DNA of 64,000 bases from Octopus sinensis (taxonomy: Eukaryota), in NCBI RefSeq assembly GCF_006345805.1, contig NC_043000.1, positions 46,872,001 through 46,936,000 of the forward strand. Reading direction: 5' to 3'. Of the stretch, positions 39,717 through 52,371 are shown piece after piece. Under the pieces are notes generated by a model. The model ran no database searches and was not told where the DNA came from. It saw only the letters and a list, made by a program, of their open reading frames with translations. Each line of letters opens with the position of its first letter. The stretch's first letter is position 1. A program made the position numbers and the translations under genes.

Positions 39717-40302
39717 TCACAGACATGACAGAGTTGGAACCTACATACACTGGAAGCTATGCCAACATTATGGAATAACAACAGAAAAAAGATGGTATAG
39801 ACACACACCAGAAAAGGTCACAGAAAACGAGAAAGCAACCATACTCTGGGATATGCCGATACACACAGATAGAGAAATTAAGGCCAACAGACCAGATATA
39901 GTTGTCAGAGATCATGAAACAAAAAATACTTTCTAATTGATGTATCAATACCGGCAGATGACAATGTGTCTCTAAAAGAAATGGAGAAACTTTCAAAATA
40001 CAAAGACCTGGAAATAGAGGTAACCAGAATGTGGAATCTAAAAACAGAAACAATTCCTATCATAGTAGGTGCATTAGGCATGATAAAAAAATATTCAGAC
40101 AAATACATAACAAAAACACCAGGACTTACAAACACATATAACATACAGAAAATTGCACTACTAGGCACTGCACACATACTACGCAGAACACTTTCCATAC
40201 AATAACCATCAGAGCATCACAACAAATCACAGCCCATACCCAAGGCACACAGAGCTGTGCTCGGTAGTGAAGTGAAAGCACACTATAAAAATAAAACTAC
40301 TG
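39717..40302 (+). mobile_element. R4/Dong-type LINE, 5'-truncated, in (TAA)n
   Basis: RHDRVG..ILWDMPIHTD..ANRPDIV..LIDVSIP..EKLSKYKDL..PIIVGALG..QKIALLGTAHILR; TAA arrays on both sides. Confidence 0.93.
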
Positions 40303-40333
40303 AATAATAATAATAATAATAATAGTAATAGTA

Positions 40334-40367
<34 letters not shown>

Positions 40368-40372
<5 letters not shown>

Positions 40373-40915
40373 GCTAATAAACCGGATGTTATTATAAAAG
40401 ATCAGAAAATAAAAGCTAATAAACCGGATATTATTATAAAAGATCAGACAAAAAGGATGTGTTTATTAATTGATATGAGTATTCCTTGCAATCACAATAT
40501 AGCAGCAAAAGAATTTGACAAGATCAGTAAATATATACTTGCTAATAGAAACTGAAAAAATGTGGCATCTCAAGGCGACTACAGTACCAGAAGATTGTAG
40601 GGTCTCTAGGAATGATAGAAAAAAGGTACTGAAACCTATTTGAAAATGATACCAGGCTTACCATCCTTACAGGAAGTGCAAAAATCATGTTAACTGGAAT
40701 GACTCATGTACTGAGAAGAGCATTATCCCTGTGAAAATATCATCCATTCATGAATTTATTTATTTATTAATTTTTTAAATACATATTTTACCTGTGAATT
40801 TGCGTGTGTAATTTGGGAATGCATACAATGAGCTTCTCTGCCCTAGGTGTACGGAAAACACTTGGCGAGAAATGGAAGAACTATGAATGAGATGTGACCC
40901 TTGGCCCTTCTAAAT
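40368..40915 (+). mobile_element. Second R4/Dong-type RLE fragment
   Basis: ANKPDIIIKD..CLLIDMSIPCNHNI..; ~40-bp duplication at the 5' junction. Confidence 0.88.
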
Positions 40916-41195
40916 AACAACTGATTCAAATTGCAATGACTCATGCAAACCATGCCAGCATGGAAAATCGGACATAATAAAAGGATGATGATAATAAAGA
41001 TGTTCATGAATGAAAATTTCATCATTGATAACGAGAAAAAAAATCAGCCAGTTTAATGATACTTTCCTGTGTGTACCAGACACACAGGAAATAACTTCAA
41101 AAAGCAGATGACTAAAAATGAAAAGCGAGTTATGAAAAACGAAAAATGATAAGTGAGTCAGAAGTAAGTTTTGTCTTTGGTAAAAGAAGTCACAA

Positions 41196-41236
41196 CTCTG
41201 GATATGTTCCAGTCTTATCAGACCTCCTCAGCTAAG
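41196..41236 (-). ncRNA. Decayed minimal HHR-like motif
   Basis: CTGAGGA ggtc-tgataa-gact GGAA cata TC; core change GAAA to GGAA and poor helix I. Confidence 0.4.
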
Positions 41237-42276
41237 CATAGCTTTAATTTGTACACTGGAACTTATTTGATGAATGCTATAAATAAAAATGAAATACATA
41301 TCTAATCACAAGTTAAATAAAGATGTACATGGACTAATTAAAGTTTGATGTGAATTTCTGTTGACCTTCACTCATTTGTTTCTCTTAATTTTACTGCAAG
41401 TTATTGCAGGTGAATTGAACAACAGATGCCGTGGAGGACTAATTGTTTTGCAGGATTTAGTTATAACCACTTAATTTCTATGTTCAACTCCTTGCTAAGG
41501 TCAACTTTGCTTTTATCCTTCTGCAGTCAGGATAATAAAGCACCAGCCAAGTGCTAGCATTAGTACATTTCACCTTTCCTTTAGCCAAAAGCGATATCAG
41601 AACCCCATTGGATGAATCGTTAGATTTTCAGACAAAATACTTCGCAGTATTTGTCCTGGCTCTTTGCAACATAAAATTAAGTCTTAACCAAATAAACTTG
41701 TTCTTTGATCCCTCTGGAGTCCATAGAATTAAATAGCAGCTTAAATATTGAGTCAATGTAATTTACTAACTTAACTCTCTTCACTATTGCAGGCTTTATA
41801 CCAAAATTAGAAACAATTGGTTTTGCTGTTTTGATATTTATGTTGTTGTCGATATTGTTGTTGTTGTCGATATTGTTGTTGTTAGCAGTAGAAGCAGCAG
41901 TAGTAGCATCTGTAACAGCTTTGATGTTTTTGATTGGGTCATAGACTTTTGTTGCTTCGAGACTTAGCAAGCCAATTTCAGTGTGTATGCATAAGAAGGT
42001 TATTCTAATGTAACTCTGCAATTGCACATGTCTGTTTCTCTTTACAAATTGTTTAAATAACATTATTTCTGAGAGAAACCAAATCCTGGAAACACTCAAA
42101 GAAATTATATTTTCATCAGTGTGATGAGCTATTAGGAGGTAATAGTGTTTTTTTGCATGACATTATATAAGTTGACTTTTAGCTTGAGGAAGTATAAGTT
42201 GATTGGGAGATGTTTGATGATACAATTGACTTAGAAAGAACACACAAATACCCACACATATACATAAATATAGACG

Positions 42277-42312
<36 letters not shown>

Positions 42313-42439
42313 CAAACACAGAGACATACACACACACACACACACAAATACATTCACATTTACATACAAACATATTCTTACCCCTGAAATAGTCACAATA
42401 ATAATAATAATAATAATAATAATGATAATAATAATAATG

Positions 42440-42485
<46 letters not shown>

Positions 42486-42489
42486 TGAT

Positions 42490-43226
42490 AGGCAGAGAGT
42501 GAAGGCTTTATCTTAGCTGCTCAAGATCAGTTATTATTGATTCGGAATTACCAAAGAAACATGATGAAAAATGGAGTAGAACCAAACTGTTGATACTGCA
42601 AATATGAAATTGAAACAGTGGACCACCTAATCTTTGGCTGTGAGGTTGTAGCACCAGTAGAATATAAATCTTGACATGACAGACTTGGCCAATATCTACT
42701 CTGGATAATGTCGGCATTATAAAATCAAAACTGCTAACAAATGGTACAAGCACCATCCTAAGGCTGTAACTGAGAGGGAAATGTAACAATTCTTCGGAAC
42801 TTTCCAGTAAATACATACCGGACCAGCAAAGCTAATAAACCAGATATTGTTGTGAAAGACCAAAAAATAAAATCTGGTTATTGATTGACATGAACATACC
42901 TTGTGATCATAATATCTTGGCAAAAGAATTTGATAGGCTCAGAAAATATAAAGATTTGCTGACTGAAATCGGAAAAATGTTGCATTTCAAAATGGTTACA
43001 ATACCAGTGATTGTAGGAGTACTTGGAATGATCAAAAAGGGATCTGAAAATTATTTGAGGATGATCCCTGGCTTACTATCCATGCAGGAAGTGCAACAGA
43101 TTGACTTAATTGGTACATCACACGCATATGTATATGTGTATGCATATATATGTGTACGTACGTATGTATGTATGCATGTATGTACACACACAATCATACA
43201 CATACACACACACACACATATATGTA

Positions 43227-43257
<31 letters not shown>

Positions 43258-43740
43258 TAGTACATCACAGTGCATTGTCACTGTGAATTTTCTTTCGTTT
43301 CCTCCCCCCTCATTTTCTTTGCTTTCCTTTATTTTCATTTTTTCTTCTTTTTTTCTTCCTTCCTATGTTTTTTTCCCTTTTATTCCATCACATGACTTTG
43401 AAAATGAACAATGCGGTGTGCTTATTTTAATAGCTTACCAATGTATACAGTGAGTTTCTTTACCCTAGGTGTTGGGAAGACACTCGGCAAGAAATGGAAA
43501 CGAATTGAAAGAGGATAGTAATAATGATAATAATAATAATAATAATAATAATATAATAATAATAATAATAATAACAATAATAACAATAATAACAATGATA
43601 ATATTGCCTAATCGTTGTATCTGTACCAACAGGTGACAATGTTTCTCTAAAAGAAACAGAAAAATTTCAAAATACAAAGATCTGGAAATAGTGGTAACTT
43701 GAAAGTGGGCCCTAAAAATCGAAACAATTCCTATCATTGA
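42490..43740 (+). mobile_element. Third and fourth R4/Dong-type fragments
   Basis: C..C..ETVDHLIFGC zinc finger, ANKPDIVVKD, LIDMNIP, IPVIVGVLG (42490-43113, UTR to ~43510); further piece at 43605-43740 after another TAA array. Confidence 0.88.
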
Positions 43741-44398
43741 CACCTGAAGAATTTAAAGTAGATTTAAGTGGAATTTGAAATGAGAATGTAAAATCCTGGA
43801 GCTAATTCTAAAGTAGACATTTTGTGTAATGCCTTAACAATTCAAGCAATCCAACTGTTTCTAACATAGCATCACTGGTTGCTTGTCACTTGAGTAGCAG
43901 GGAAATGAAGATATATTTCATTGGCTGCATGAATAATAACTGAAGAAAACTCATGAACCTTTAACAGAAGAGCTATTGCTGAACATAAATGTATATGGTG
44001 TCGGTTATTTACAATGAACACTGTAATAATTGCCAACTGAGAGAGAGAAAAACTACACTGCATCCATAGAAGTTACTTATGAGACAAACGTGTTAATGTT
44101 AAGAATGGGTCTGTCTGAGAGCCTGGAGTATCTGTGCATGAACCCAGAACTGTCTGTATAGCATGAATGAAGGTACATGTAATTCAGCTACCTACAACAC
44201 TCTATGATTAGAAAAGCAAGAAGGACTTTCAAGAAAACCATATCATGCTGCAGCCCACACTGATTGGTCAATTCATAGCTTGATAATGTGAAACTATGGT
44301 GTTTCACTCATGGTATCTGACCAAGCATCTAGCAGTTTGGTTTTATCATTGTTAAAATAGGCACAAGTCCAAAATTCTAGGAGTGCAGTTACTTGTTT

Positions 44399-44443
<45 letters not shown>

Positions 44444-44469
44444 AAGGGTGGAAAGAAACACACGAGTTG

Positions 44470-44768
44470 ATATATATGAAAAAACAAGTCAAAAATAGAA
44501 AATGCTAAGATGATTTTATAGTGAATCTTTCAGTGCCGGTTTCGGTCATTTTGAGACCTTTTCAACTGTAACGATTAAATAATTAAACTACTACAGAACA
44601 CTACTACAGAAATATTCTTTTAAAAAAACTTTTCTTCTAATTTTTCTAAATTTAATTATTTAATCGTTACAGTTGAAAAGGTCTCAAAATGACCGAAACC
44701 GGTACTGAAAGATTCACTATAAAATCATCTTAGCATTTTCTATTTTTGACTTGTTTTTTCATATATAT
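44470..44768. repeat. Near-perfect inverted repeat, 118-bp arms, 63-bp spacer
   Basis: 44470-44587 and 44651-44768 are reverse complements with one mismatch (44535/44703); TA runs at both outer ends. Confidence 0.97.
44662..44714 (+). ncRNA. Minimal type I hammerhead ribozyme, U3-A8 variant
   Basis: aatcgttacag TTGAAAA ggtc-tcaaaat-gacc GAAA ccgg TA ctgaaagatt; palindromic CCGG in helix III, GUA triplet. Confidence 0.75.
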
Positions 44769-45612
44769 ATATATATATATATATGTATATGTATATATAC
44801 ACATATTTATACAATAAGTTTCTTTCAGTTTGTGTCAATCAAATCCACTCACAAGGTTCAAATCCACTCACCTGAGGATATAGTGAAGATATTTGTCAAA
44901 AGTGCTACACAGTGGGACTGAACTCCTAACCATGTGGTTGGGAAGCAAGCTTCTTACCACACGGCCATGCCTGCACTATAGGAAAAGTAAATAAGAAAAA
45001 TTATACACTTACACCTCTTACAGAAGACATATCATGTGTAAGCACAGAGTGATATACACAAACACACAGGTTCAATCTCTATCACTCTCCTACTTCTCTC
45101 TCTCTTCTTCTGTCTCTCCTTTTCACACGCATTCCCGTAAATATAAATATAGAATCTGTAAACTACGAGACAAACAGACCTGGAGTATCGAGGGCATGTC
45201 AGTTGATAAGGTCACAAACAACAACAAAAGGACTTAGATAAACATAGCTGATTGATTGATTGATTGAAAAATTAATCAAGCAGTTGATTAGCTAATTGGT
45301 TAAAAGGTTAAATAGTCGAGTAACTTTAATAAAGAGTGAAACAGAACCAGTATGTGTGTGGTTCATAGCAAAATGCTTCTCTTGAGATAAAACAAATTTT
45401 TTGTGTCACACAATTTCACATTAAAAATAATCATTCAACACAAACACAAAAGCAAAATAGATTAAAACAAATATGACCCCCCGCTGCTACCATTGCAATC
45501 AGTTTAGTCTATATAGATTTTTACAAAAATTGATGCAAAGAAGATATGGTAGAAAATTGTTTGCCATTGAAATAACAATGATAATATATCATTGGGTATA
45601 TATCTATATAAG

Positions 45613-45650
<38 letters not shown>

Positions 45651-45724
45651 TCTATATATATATATCTATATATATATATATATGTATGTATGTATGTGTA
45701 TATATACATATATAAATATGTACA

Positions 45725-46608
45725 CAGGGTGTTGTGGGAAGATTGTCACCATTTTATATTTTTAATTTTGAGCATGTTCCTAGTTGTTTTTGATTTTGCT
45801 GACTACACAGTATTGTAGGGTCATTTGGGCACCATCTGTGAGGACAAAAAATACCATGACACAATTCACTCCACCAGATATTTGGAAACAATATGCTGTA
45901 CAGCTTGGCATTGGTGCCAGAGGCTCCAATACGAACAGATGATGAACACACAGAACAAACACTGGCTTGCCATGTCCCCAAAATATGTACCAAGAGTGAC
46001 AAATATCAAATACCTAGTCAACATCATGATGTTTGGAGTGATCACTAGTGATGGAAACGTTATGCCTCCATTCATATCACACAGCCTCAGACTCAACATG
46101 GAGGCCTACATCAAGTGCCTGGAAGAGGTAGAGCTGCCCTGGGTCAAGAGGTGTGGCTGCTGGAAGATCCTTCTGTCTGGCAACAAGATTCTGCACCATG
46201 CCACACAAGCAAGAGAACCCAGTCATAGCTGTAAGACAATTTCTGCTACCACATCACCCTAACATCTGGCAATCTAACTCATCCGACTGCAACACTATTC
46301 ATAATTATGTGTGGAGCACAGTGGAGCAAGAGACCAACAAAACTCCTTGTAACACAAAAGATGAACTGAAGCTAAAGATTATGGCAGCATTCACCGACTT
46401 AAACAAGGAGACCATCTAGAAGAGTTGTAGGAGATTCCGAAGTCATTTGGAGGCTGTGGTTGAAGCCAATGGCTGTTTTATTGAATAAATTTCCTCTTTA
46501 GTATTTCAAGATACTTTTATGTAATTTTGGCAAATATATCTGTTAAAATGAGATGTCAGTGTTATTTTCATTTTTGCATAATTTAGATGGCAATATATTC
46601 ACCACATC

Positions 46609-46611
<3 letters not shown>
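45725..46611 (+). mobile_element. maT/DD37D-like Tc1/mariner element, internally deleted
   Basis: Imperfect TIRs CAGGGTGTTGTGGGAAGATTGTCA / TGGCAATATATTCACCACATCCTG; IMMFGVITSDG, QQDSAPCH, WQSNSSDCNTIHNYVW (WPPNSPDxNPLDYxxW-like). Confidence 0.85.
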
Positions 46612-46671
<60 letters not shown>

Positions 46672-46771
46672 GTGTGTGTGTGTATATATATGTATGTATA
46701 TATATATATATATACACATACTTATATATATATATATATACTTAATATATATATATGTGTGTATATATATG

Positions 46772-46826
<55 letters not shown>

Positions 46827-47269
46827 TATGTATGTATATATATATATTACACATACTTATACATATGCATGTATGTATGTTTGCATATAACCACAAAAAT
46901 ATAAACAACAATGATATCAGAAATCTGAAAAGATCTTCAATGCAAATATTTATTCAGTTTTCAAGAGTAAAATTCTGGCATTTTGCTTAAAGCAAGTATT
47001 CTTTTATGTAAGTAGACTTTGAGGAAGTTCAATACAATTGCAGTACTTGAAGAATAGAGTGTAGTAGCAGACAATTTTAAAAATCGTATATTGTATTGAA
47101 TAAAATATCAAAACAATGATATCAAGTAGAGGGTTACTATATGTTTAATATAATAATAGTTGCATTACATATTTCAGAAACCTGTCCTACTCACATGTGT
47201 GTGTGAATGTGTGTATACACACACATATATATGCATATACATGTACATACAGATGCATTGAGCAGGCCA

Positions 47270-47720
47270 TGTTGTACGTGCTAAAGACAATAGATTTTCA
47301 AAGCATTTGTTCTGTGGTAAGCTGAACACTAGTAAGTAACTGCATCATAAACTAAGATAAAAGTACAAAGACAAAGATTGCATAAAAGGCAAACTGAAGG
47401 AACTGCAAATCGATATAAAGAACTGGGAAGAGCTAGTGGAGGAAACTCATTGGGGAAAATTGTGAAACTTTTGAAGAGGGTAGCCTTGAGCACAAGGTTT
47501 TGGAAAGGCTGTCATCGAAATCTCAATGAGAACATAAAGCACTTGCATCAGAAATGTGTGATCATATATTCCATTTTTAGGCTGGTAATGCCAACCATTT
47601 GAAGTCCCTTGAAAGATCAACTACAAGAAATATCTGCTCTCCTAGATCAGGTAATTTAATGTGTACAATATATGGAAAAGTGTGCAAGTCGATTTTTAGT
47701 CTGAAAATAAGAAATACATG
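47270..47720 (+). mobile_element. Old RTE-like LINE 3' remnant
   Basis: AGHVVRAKDNRFSKHLFCGKL and a decayed terminal zinc finger CTIYGKVCKS. Confidence 0.55.
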
Positions 47721-47799
47721 TGGCAGTACACAAACATCATATGCTACAAAGTGACCTGATCGCTCCTATGGAAGTTACAGCATTAATTTGACACTTATG

Positions 47800-48255
47800 C
47801 TTCAAGCCATGCAGATCTGCAGGGGAATTGAATAATCATCTTTATTTATGGAAGATGGGGTTCCTTGTCATATGGCTAAAATAACTCAAGATTTGTTGAA
47901 TGAGAATGGCATTAAAAAACTTTCTTGGCCAAGCCAGTCGTCAGATATGAACCCTATTGGACACCCCCGGGACATAACAGACAGGACACTTCATAAAAAG
48001 AACAAAAAAGCATCTTCAAAGCCAGATATTTGGAGATTACTGCATGGAACTTGGCAAAAAATTCTGCAAGAGAATATTCGTCATCTGATCAGTTACATTC
48101 CTAGTAGGGTCATTGCATTGAAAAATGCAAAGGGCATGTCTACTAAATATTAAATATTCACATTATAACAATTAAAAAAATAATTTGATAAATTTCAGAT
48201 TTGAATAAATTTTAATGATTATAAGAGTGTCTCTTTACTTCTGTCATGTCTGTGA
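47800..48255 (+). mobile_element. Tc1-type transposase 3' fragment
   Basis: FMEDGVPCH..WPSQSSDMNPIGH..IRHLISYIPSRVIALKNAKGMSTKY*. Confidence 0.9.
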
Positions 48256-48284
48256 ATATGTATGTGTGTGTGTGTGTGTGTGTA

Positions 48285-48935
48285 TTCTTTATTCTTTTAC
48301 TTGTTTTAAGCATTTGACTATGGCCATGTGGGAGCATCCCCTTGAGAGAGTTCAGTCAAACAAATCGACACCAGTAAATATTTTTTAAGCCTAGTACTTA
48401 TTCTATCAGTCTCTTTTGCTGCACCACTAAGTTAGAGGGACACAAACACACCAACACCAGTTATCAAGTGGTCATGGGGGGAGGCAGACAGACACAGACA
48501 CAAACACACACACACACATAGATACATATACATACAAGTTTCTTTCAGTTTCCATCTACCAAATCTGCTCAAAAGTCTTTGTTTGGCACGAAGGCAGTAG
48601 CAGAAGACATTTGCCATGCTGTGGGACTGAACCCAGTGGGAAGTAGCTTCTTACCCCACAACCACGCCTGCACCTATATATATATATACACACACATACA
48701 TATATGCGTGTGTGTGTATGTGTATGACTGTGTGTGTACATACATACATACATACATACTTACATACACAGGTGTAGGAGTGGCTGTGTGGTAAGTAACT
48801 TGCTTACCAACCACATGGTTCCGGGTTCAGTCCCACTGCGTGGCATCTTGGGCAAGTGTCTTCTGCTATAGCCTCGGGCCGACCAATGCCGTGTGAGTGG
48901 ATTTGGTAGACGGAAACTGAAAGAAGCCTGTCGTA

Positions 48936-48976
<41 letters not shown>

Positions 48977-49195
48977 ATGTTTGTGTGTCTGTGTTTGTGC
49001 CCCCACCATCGCTTGACAACCGATGCTGGTGTGTTTATGTCCCCGTCACCTAGCGGTTCGGCAAAAAGTGACCGATAGAATAAGTACTGGGCTTACAAAG
49101 AATAAGTTCCGGGGTCGATTTGCTCGACTAAAGATGGTGCTCCAGTATGGCTGCAGTCAAATGACTGAAACAAGTAAAAGAGAAAGAGTAAGAGT
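48285..49195. mobile_element. Head-to-head SINE A pair
   Basis: Minus copy 48285-48672 and plus copy 48771-49195, ~100 bp apart. Confidence 0.88.
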
Positions 49196-49545
49196 ATACG
49201 TACACACATATATGCATACACATATATATGCATACACATATACATATGCACACATGTATATATTTTGAGTGTCATTTATTTTCAGCCACCTTTATAATCC
49301 AACATTTTATTGCTTTAAACAGTAATGTTTTTGTCATATTTACTTATTCCTCAGCTTAAATTATTTATTCAAATATTCAAAATAAATATTTTTGATACAC
49401 TTGCAAAATATTTATTTCCATTATTAATATGCTTACACATATACATAATATACTTATATATGAATAGATAATTATATACATGCATACATGCATGCTTACA
49501 CCCACCTTATATATATATGTGTGTGAGTGGGTATGTATGTGTGAA

Positions 49546-49589
<44 letters not shown>

Positions 49590-50232
49590 ACTGACTATGG
49601 AATTACACTGGGTTTCATGTCCATAAAGCACTTAGCTTTACAGTGTATCCTCAGACCCCAAAACTTGTTAACACATGGCCTCTGTAGGAAGCATATACAT
49701 ATACACATATGCATATGTATATATACATATACATATATACATACATACATATACATATATACATACATACATAAATACATACATACACACACACACACAC
49801 AACACACACACACACATAGATACATATACATACAACAAGTTTCTTTCAGTTTCCATCTACCAAATCTGCTCAAAAGTTTTTGTTGGCACGAAGGCAGTAG
49901 CAGAAGACATTTGCCATGCTGTGGGACTGAACCCAGTGGGAAGTAGCTTCTTACCCCACAACCACGCCTGCACCTATATATATATATACACACACATACA
50001 TATATGCGTGTGTGTGTATGTGTATGACTGTGTGTGTACATACATACATACATACATACTTACATACACAGGTGCAGGAGTGGCTGTGTGGTAAGTAACT
50101 TGCTTACCAACCACATGGTTCCGGGTTCAGTCCCACTGCGTGGCATCTTGGGCAAGTGTCTTCTGCTATAGCCTCGGGCCGACCAATGCCGTGTGAGTGG
50201 ATTTGGTAGACGGAAACTGAAAGAAGCCTGTC

Positions 50233-50284
<52 letters not shown>

Positions 50285-50836
50285 ATATGTTTGTGTGTCT
50301 GTGTTTGTGCCCCCACCATCGCTTGACAGCCGATGCTGGTGTGTTTATGTCCCCGTCACTTAGCGGTTCGGCAAAAAGTGACCGATAGAATAAGTACTGG
50401 GCTTACAAAGAATAAGTTCGGGGTCGATTTGCTCGACTAAAGATGGTGCTCCAGTATGGCTGCAGTCAAATGACTGAAACAAGTAAAAGAGAAAGAGTAA
50501 GAGTATACGTACACACATATATGCATACACATATACATATGCACATGTATATATTTTGAGTGTCATTTATTTTCAGCCACCTTTATAATCCAACATTTTA
50601 TTGCTTTAAACAGTAATGTTTTTGTCATATTTACTTATTCCTCAGCTTAAATTATTTATTCAAATATTCAAAATAAATATTTTTGATACACTTGCAAAAT
50701 ATTTATTTCCATTATTAATATGCTTACACATATACATAATATACTTATATATGAATAGATAATTATATACATGCATACATGCATGCTTACACCCACCTTA
50801 TATATATATGTGTGTGAGTGGGTATGTATGTGTGAA

Positions 50837-50884
<48 letters not shown>

Positions 50885-51095
50885 ACTGACTATGGAATTA
50901 CACTGGGTTTCATGTCCATAAAGCACTTAGCTTTACAGTGTATCCTCAGACCCCAAAACTTGTTAACACATGGCCTCTGTAGGAAGCATATACATATACA
51001 CATATGCATATGTATATATACATATACATATATACATACATACATATACATATATACATACATACATAAATACATACATACACACACACACACAC

Positions 51096-51112
<17 letters not shown>
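48510..51112 (+). repeat. ~1.3-kb tandem duplication (two units)
   Basis: 48510-49810 and 49811-51112 are near-identical, including non-repeat sequence; junctions lie in (CA)n. Confidence 0.95.
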
Positions 51113-51137
<25 letters not shown>

Positions 51138-51189
51138 AGAAATATTGAATTTCTAAATCTCTCGTAGAGACATGTACAGTGGTGGGGCA

Positions 51190-51489
51190 ATAGAATGGTT
51201 GCATACTGACAATCTAATAAGAACGTGACAGTAGGGGGTACACCACCGCTGTATAGCCCTAGGTCTGCTACTCTAGGCCGATGAAGGACAACGATCCAGA
51301 AACACGTGACCCTAGATGCAGTTTCAGCAGCCGGGGGTGTTTGTCTCCCCTTCGTATATGTATATAAGGACACAGGGACAAATGTGTCAAAGCCATCAGG
51401 AGGCGTTCGATGCTTCCTAGGGCTATACAGCGGTGGTGTACCCCCTACTGTCACGTTCTTGTTAGATTGACAGTATACAACCATTCTAT
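51190..51489. repeat. Fold-back element, 74-bp arms, with HHR-like motif and hairpins in the spacer
   Basis: Arms 51190-51263 and 51416-51489 (3 mismatches by eye); motif ctgc..tctagg CCGATGA a-gga-caacga-tcc-a GAAA cacgtg AC cctaga.gcag at 51265-51321. Confidence 0.9.
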
Positions 51490-51621
51490 ATATATATATT
51501 TATTTATTTATTTATATATATATATATTTATATCACATAAGCGGTGCAGCAATATCAAAGGAAGGCTAACTGTGAAGATAGTTTTTGTATGTGGCAAATC
51601 CTCAGGTGCAATAAACACTGA

Positions 51622-52033
51622 AAATGTAGCTGCTAGAATAAGAATAGCCTGGGCAAAGTTCAGAGAGCTCTTACCTCTGCTGGTGACAAAGGGCCTCTTG
51701 CTCAGAGTAAAAGGTAGACTGCATGACTCATGTGTACGAACAGCCATGCTACATGGCAGTGAAACATGGGTCGTGACTGCTGAGGACATGCGTAAGCTCG
51801 CAAGGAATGAAACCAGTATGCTCCGATGGATGCGTAGTGTCAGTGTGCATACTTGACAGTGTAAGTACCTTGAGAGAAAAGTTGGACCTAAGAAGCATCA
51901 GATGTGGTGTGCAACAGACACGACTGTGCTGGTATGGTCATGTGGTGAGAATAGATGAGGATAGCTGTGTGAAAAAGTGCCACAACTAGCGGTTGAGGGA
52001 ATCTGTGGAAGAGGTAGACCCAGGAAGACCTGG
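51622..52033 (+). mobile_element. RTE-clade LINE fragment, same family as 3690-4327
   Basis: ARIRIAWAKFREL..MLHGSETW..WYGHVVRI..GRGRPRKTW. Confidence 0.92.
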
Positions 52034-52151
52034 TGTATTTGTGCTGTGTCCCAATGGCTTAGAGGTTTGGCAAAAGAAATTGATAAAATAAGTACTAGGC
52101 TTAAAAAAACTAGAAGTCCTGGGGTCGATTAGTTTGACTAAAACCTTTTAA

Positions 52152-52371
52152 CCCTTTCATTACCATATTTATTTTGAGATGCTTTGTGTTTCTTTCAATT
52201 ATTTTAAATATAACAAAGAATTTAGTAAAGTAACTTAGTTACCATTAAGCTAGTGTTAGTAACATAAATTGTGACTAAGCTTTGGTGGAAGATTTTAATT
52301 CAAAACTTAAGAAAACAAGACGTTTGTACTGCAGAGCTAGAGGTGGTTTTGGCCAGGTTGGTATGAAAGGG
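52152..52371. mobile_element. piggyBac-type MITE inserted in a SINE A tail
   Basis: TTAA TSD at 52148-52151 and 52372-52375; TIRs CCCTTTCATTACC / GGTATGAAAGGG. Confidence 0.85.
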
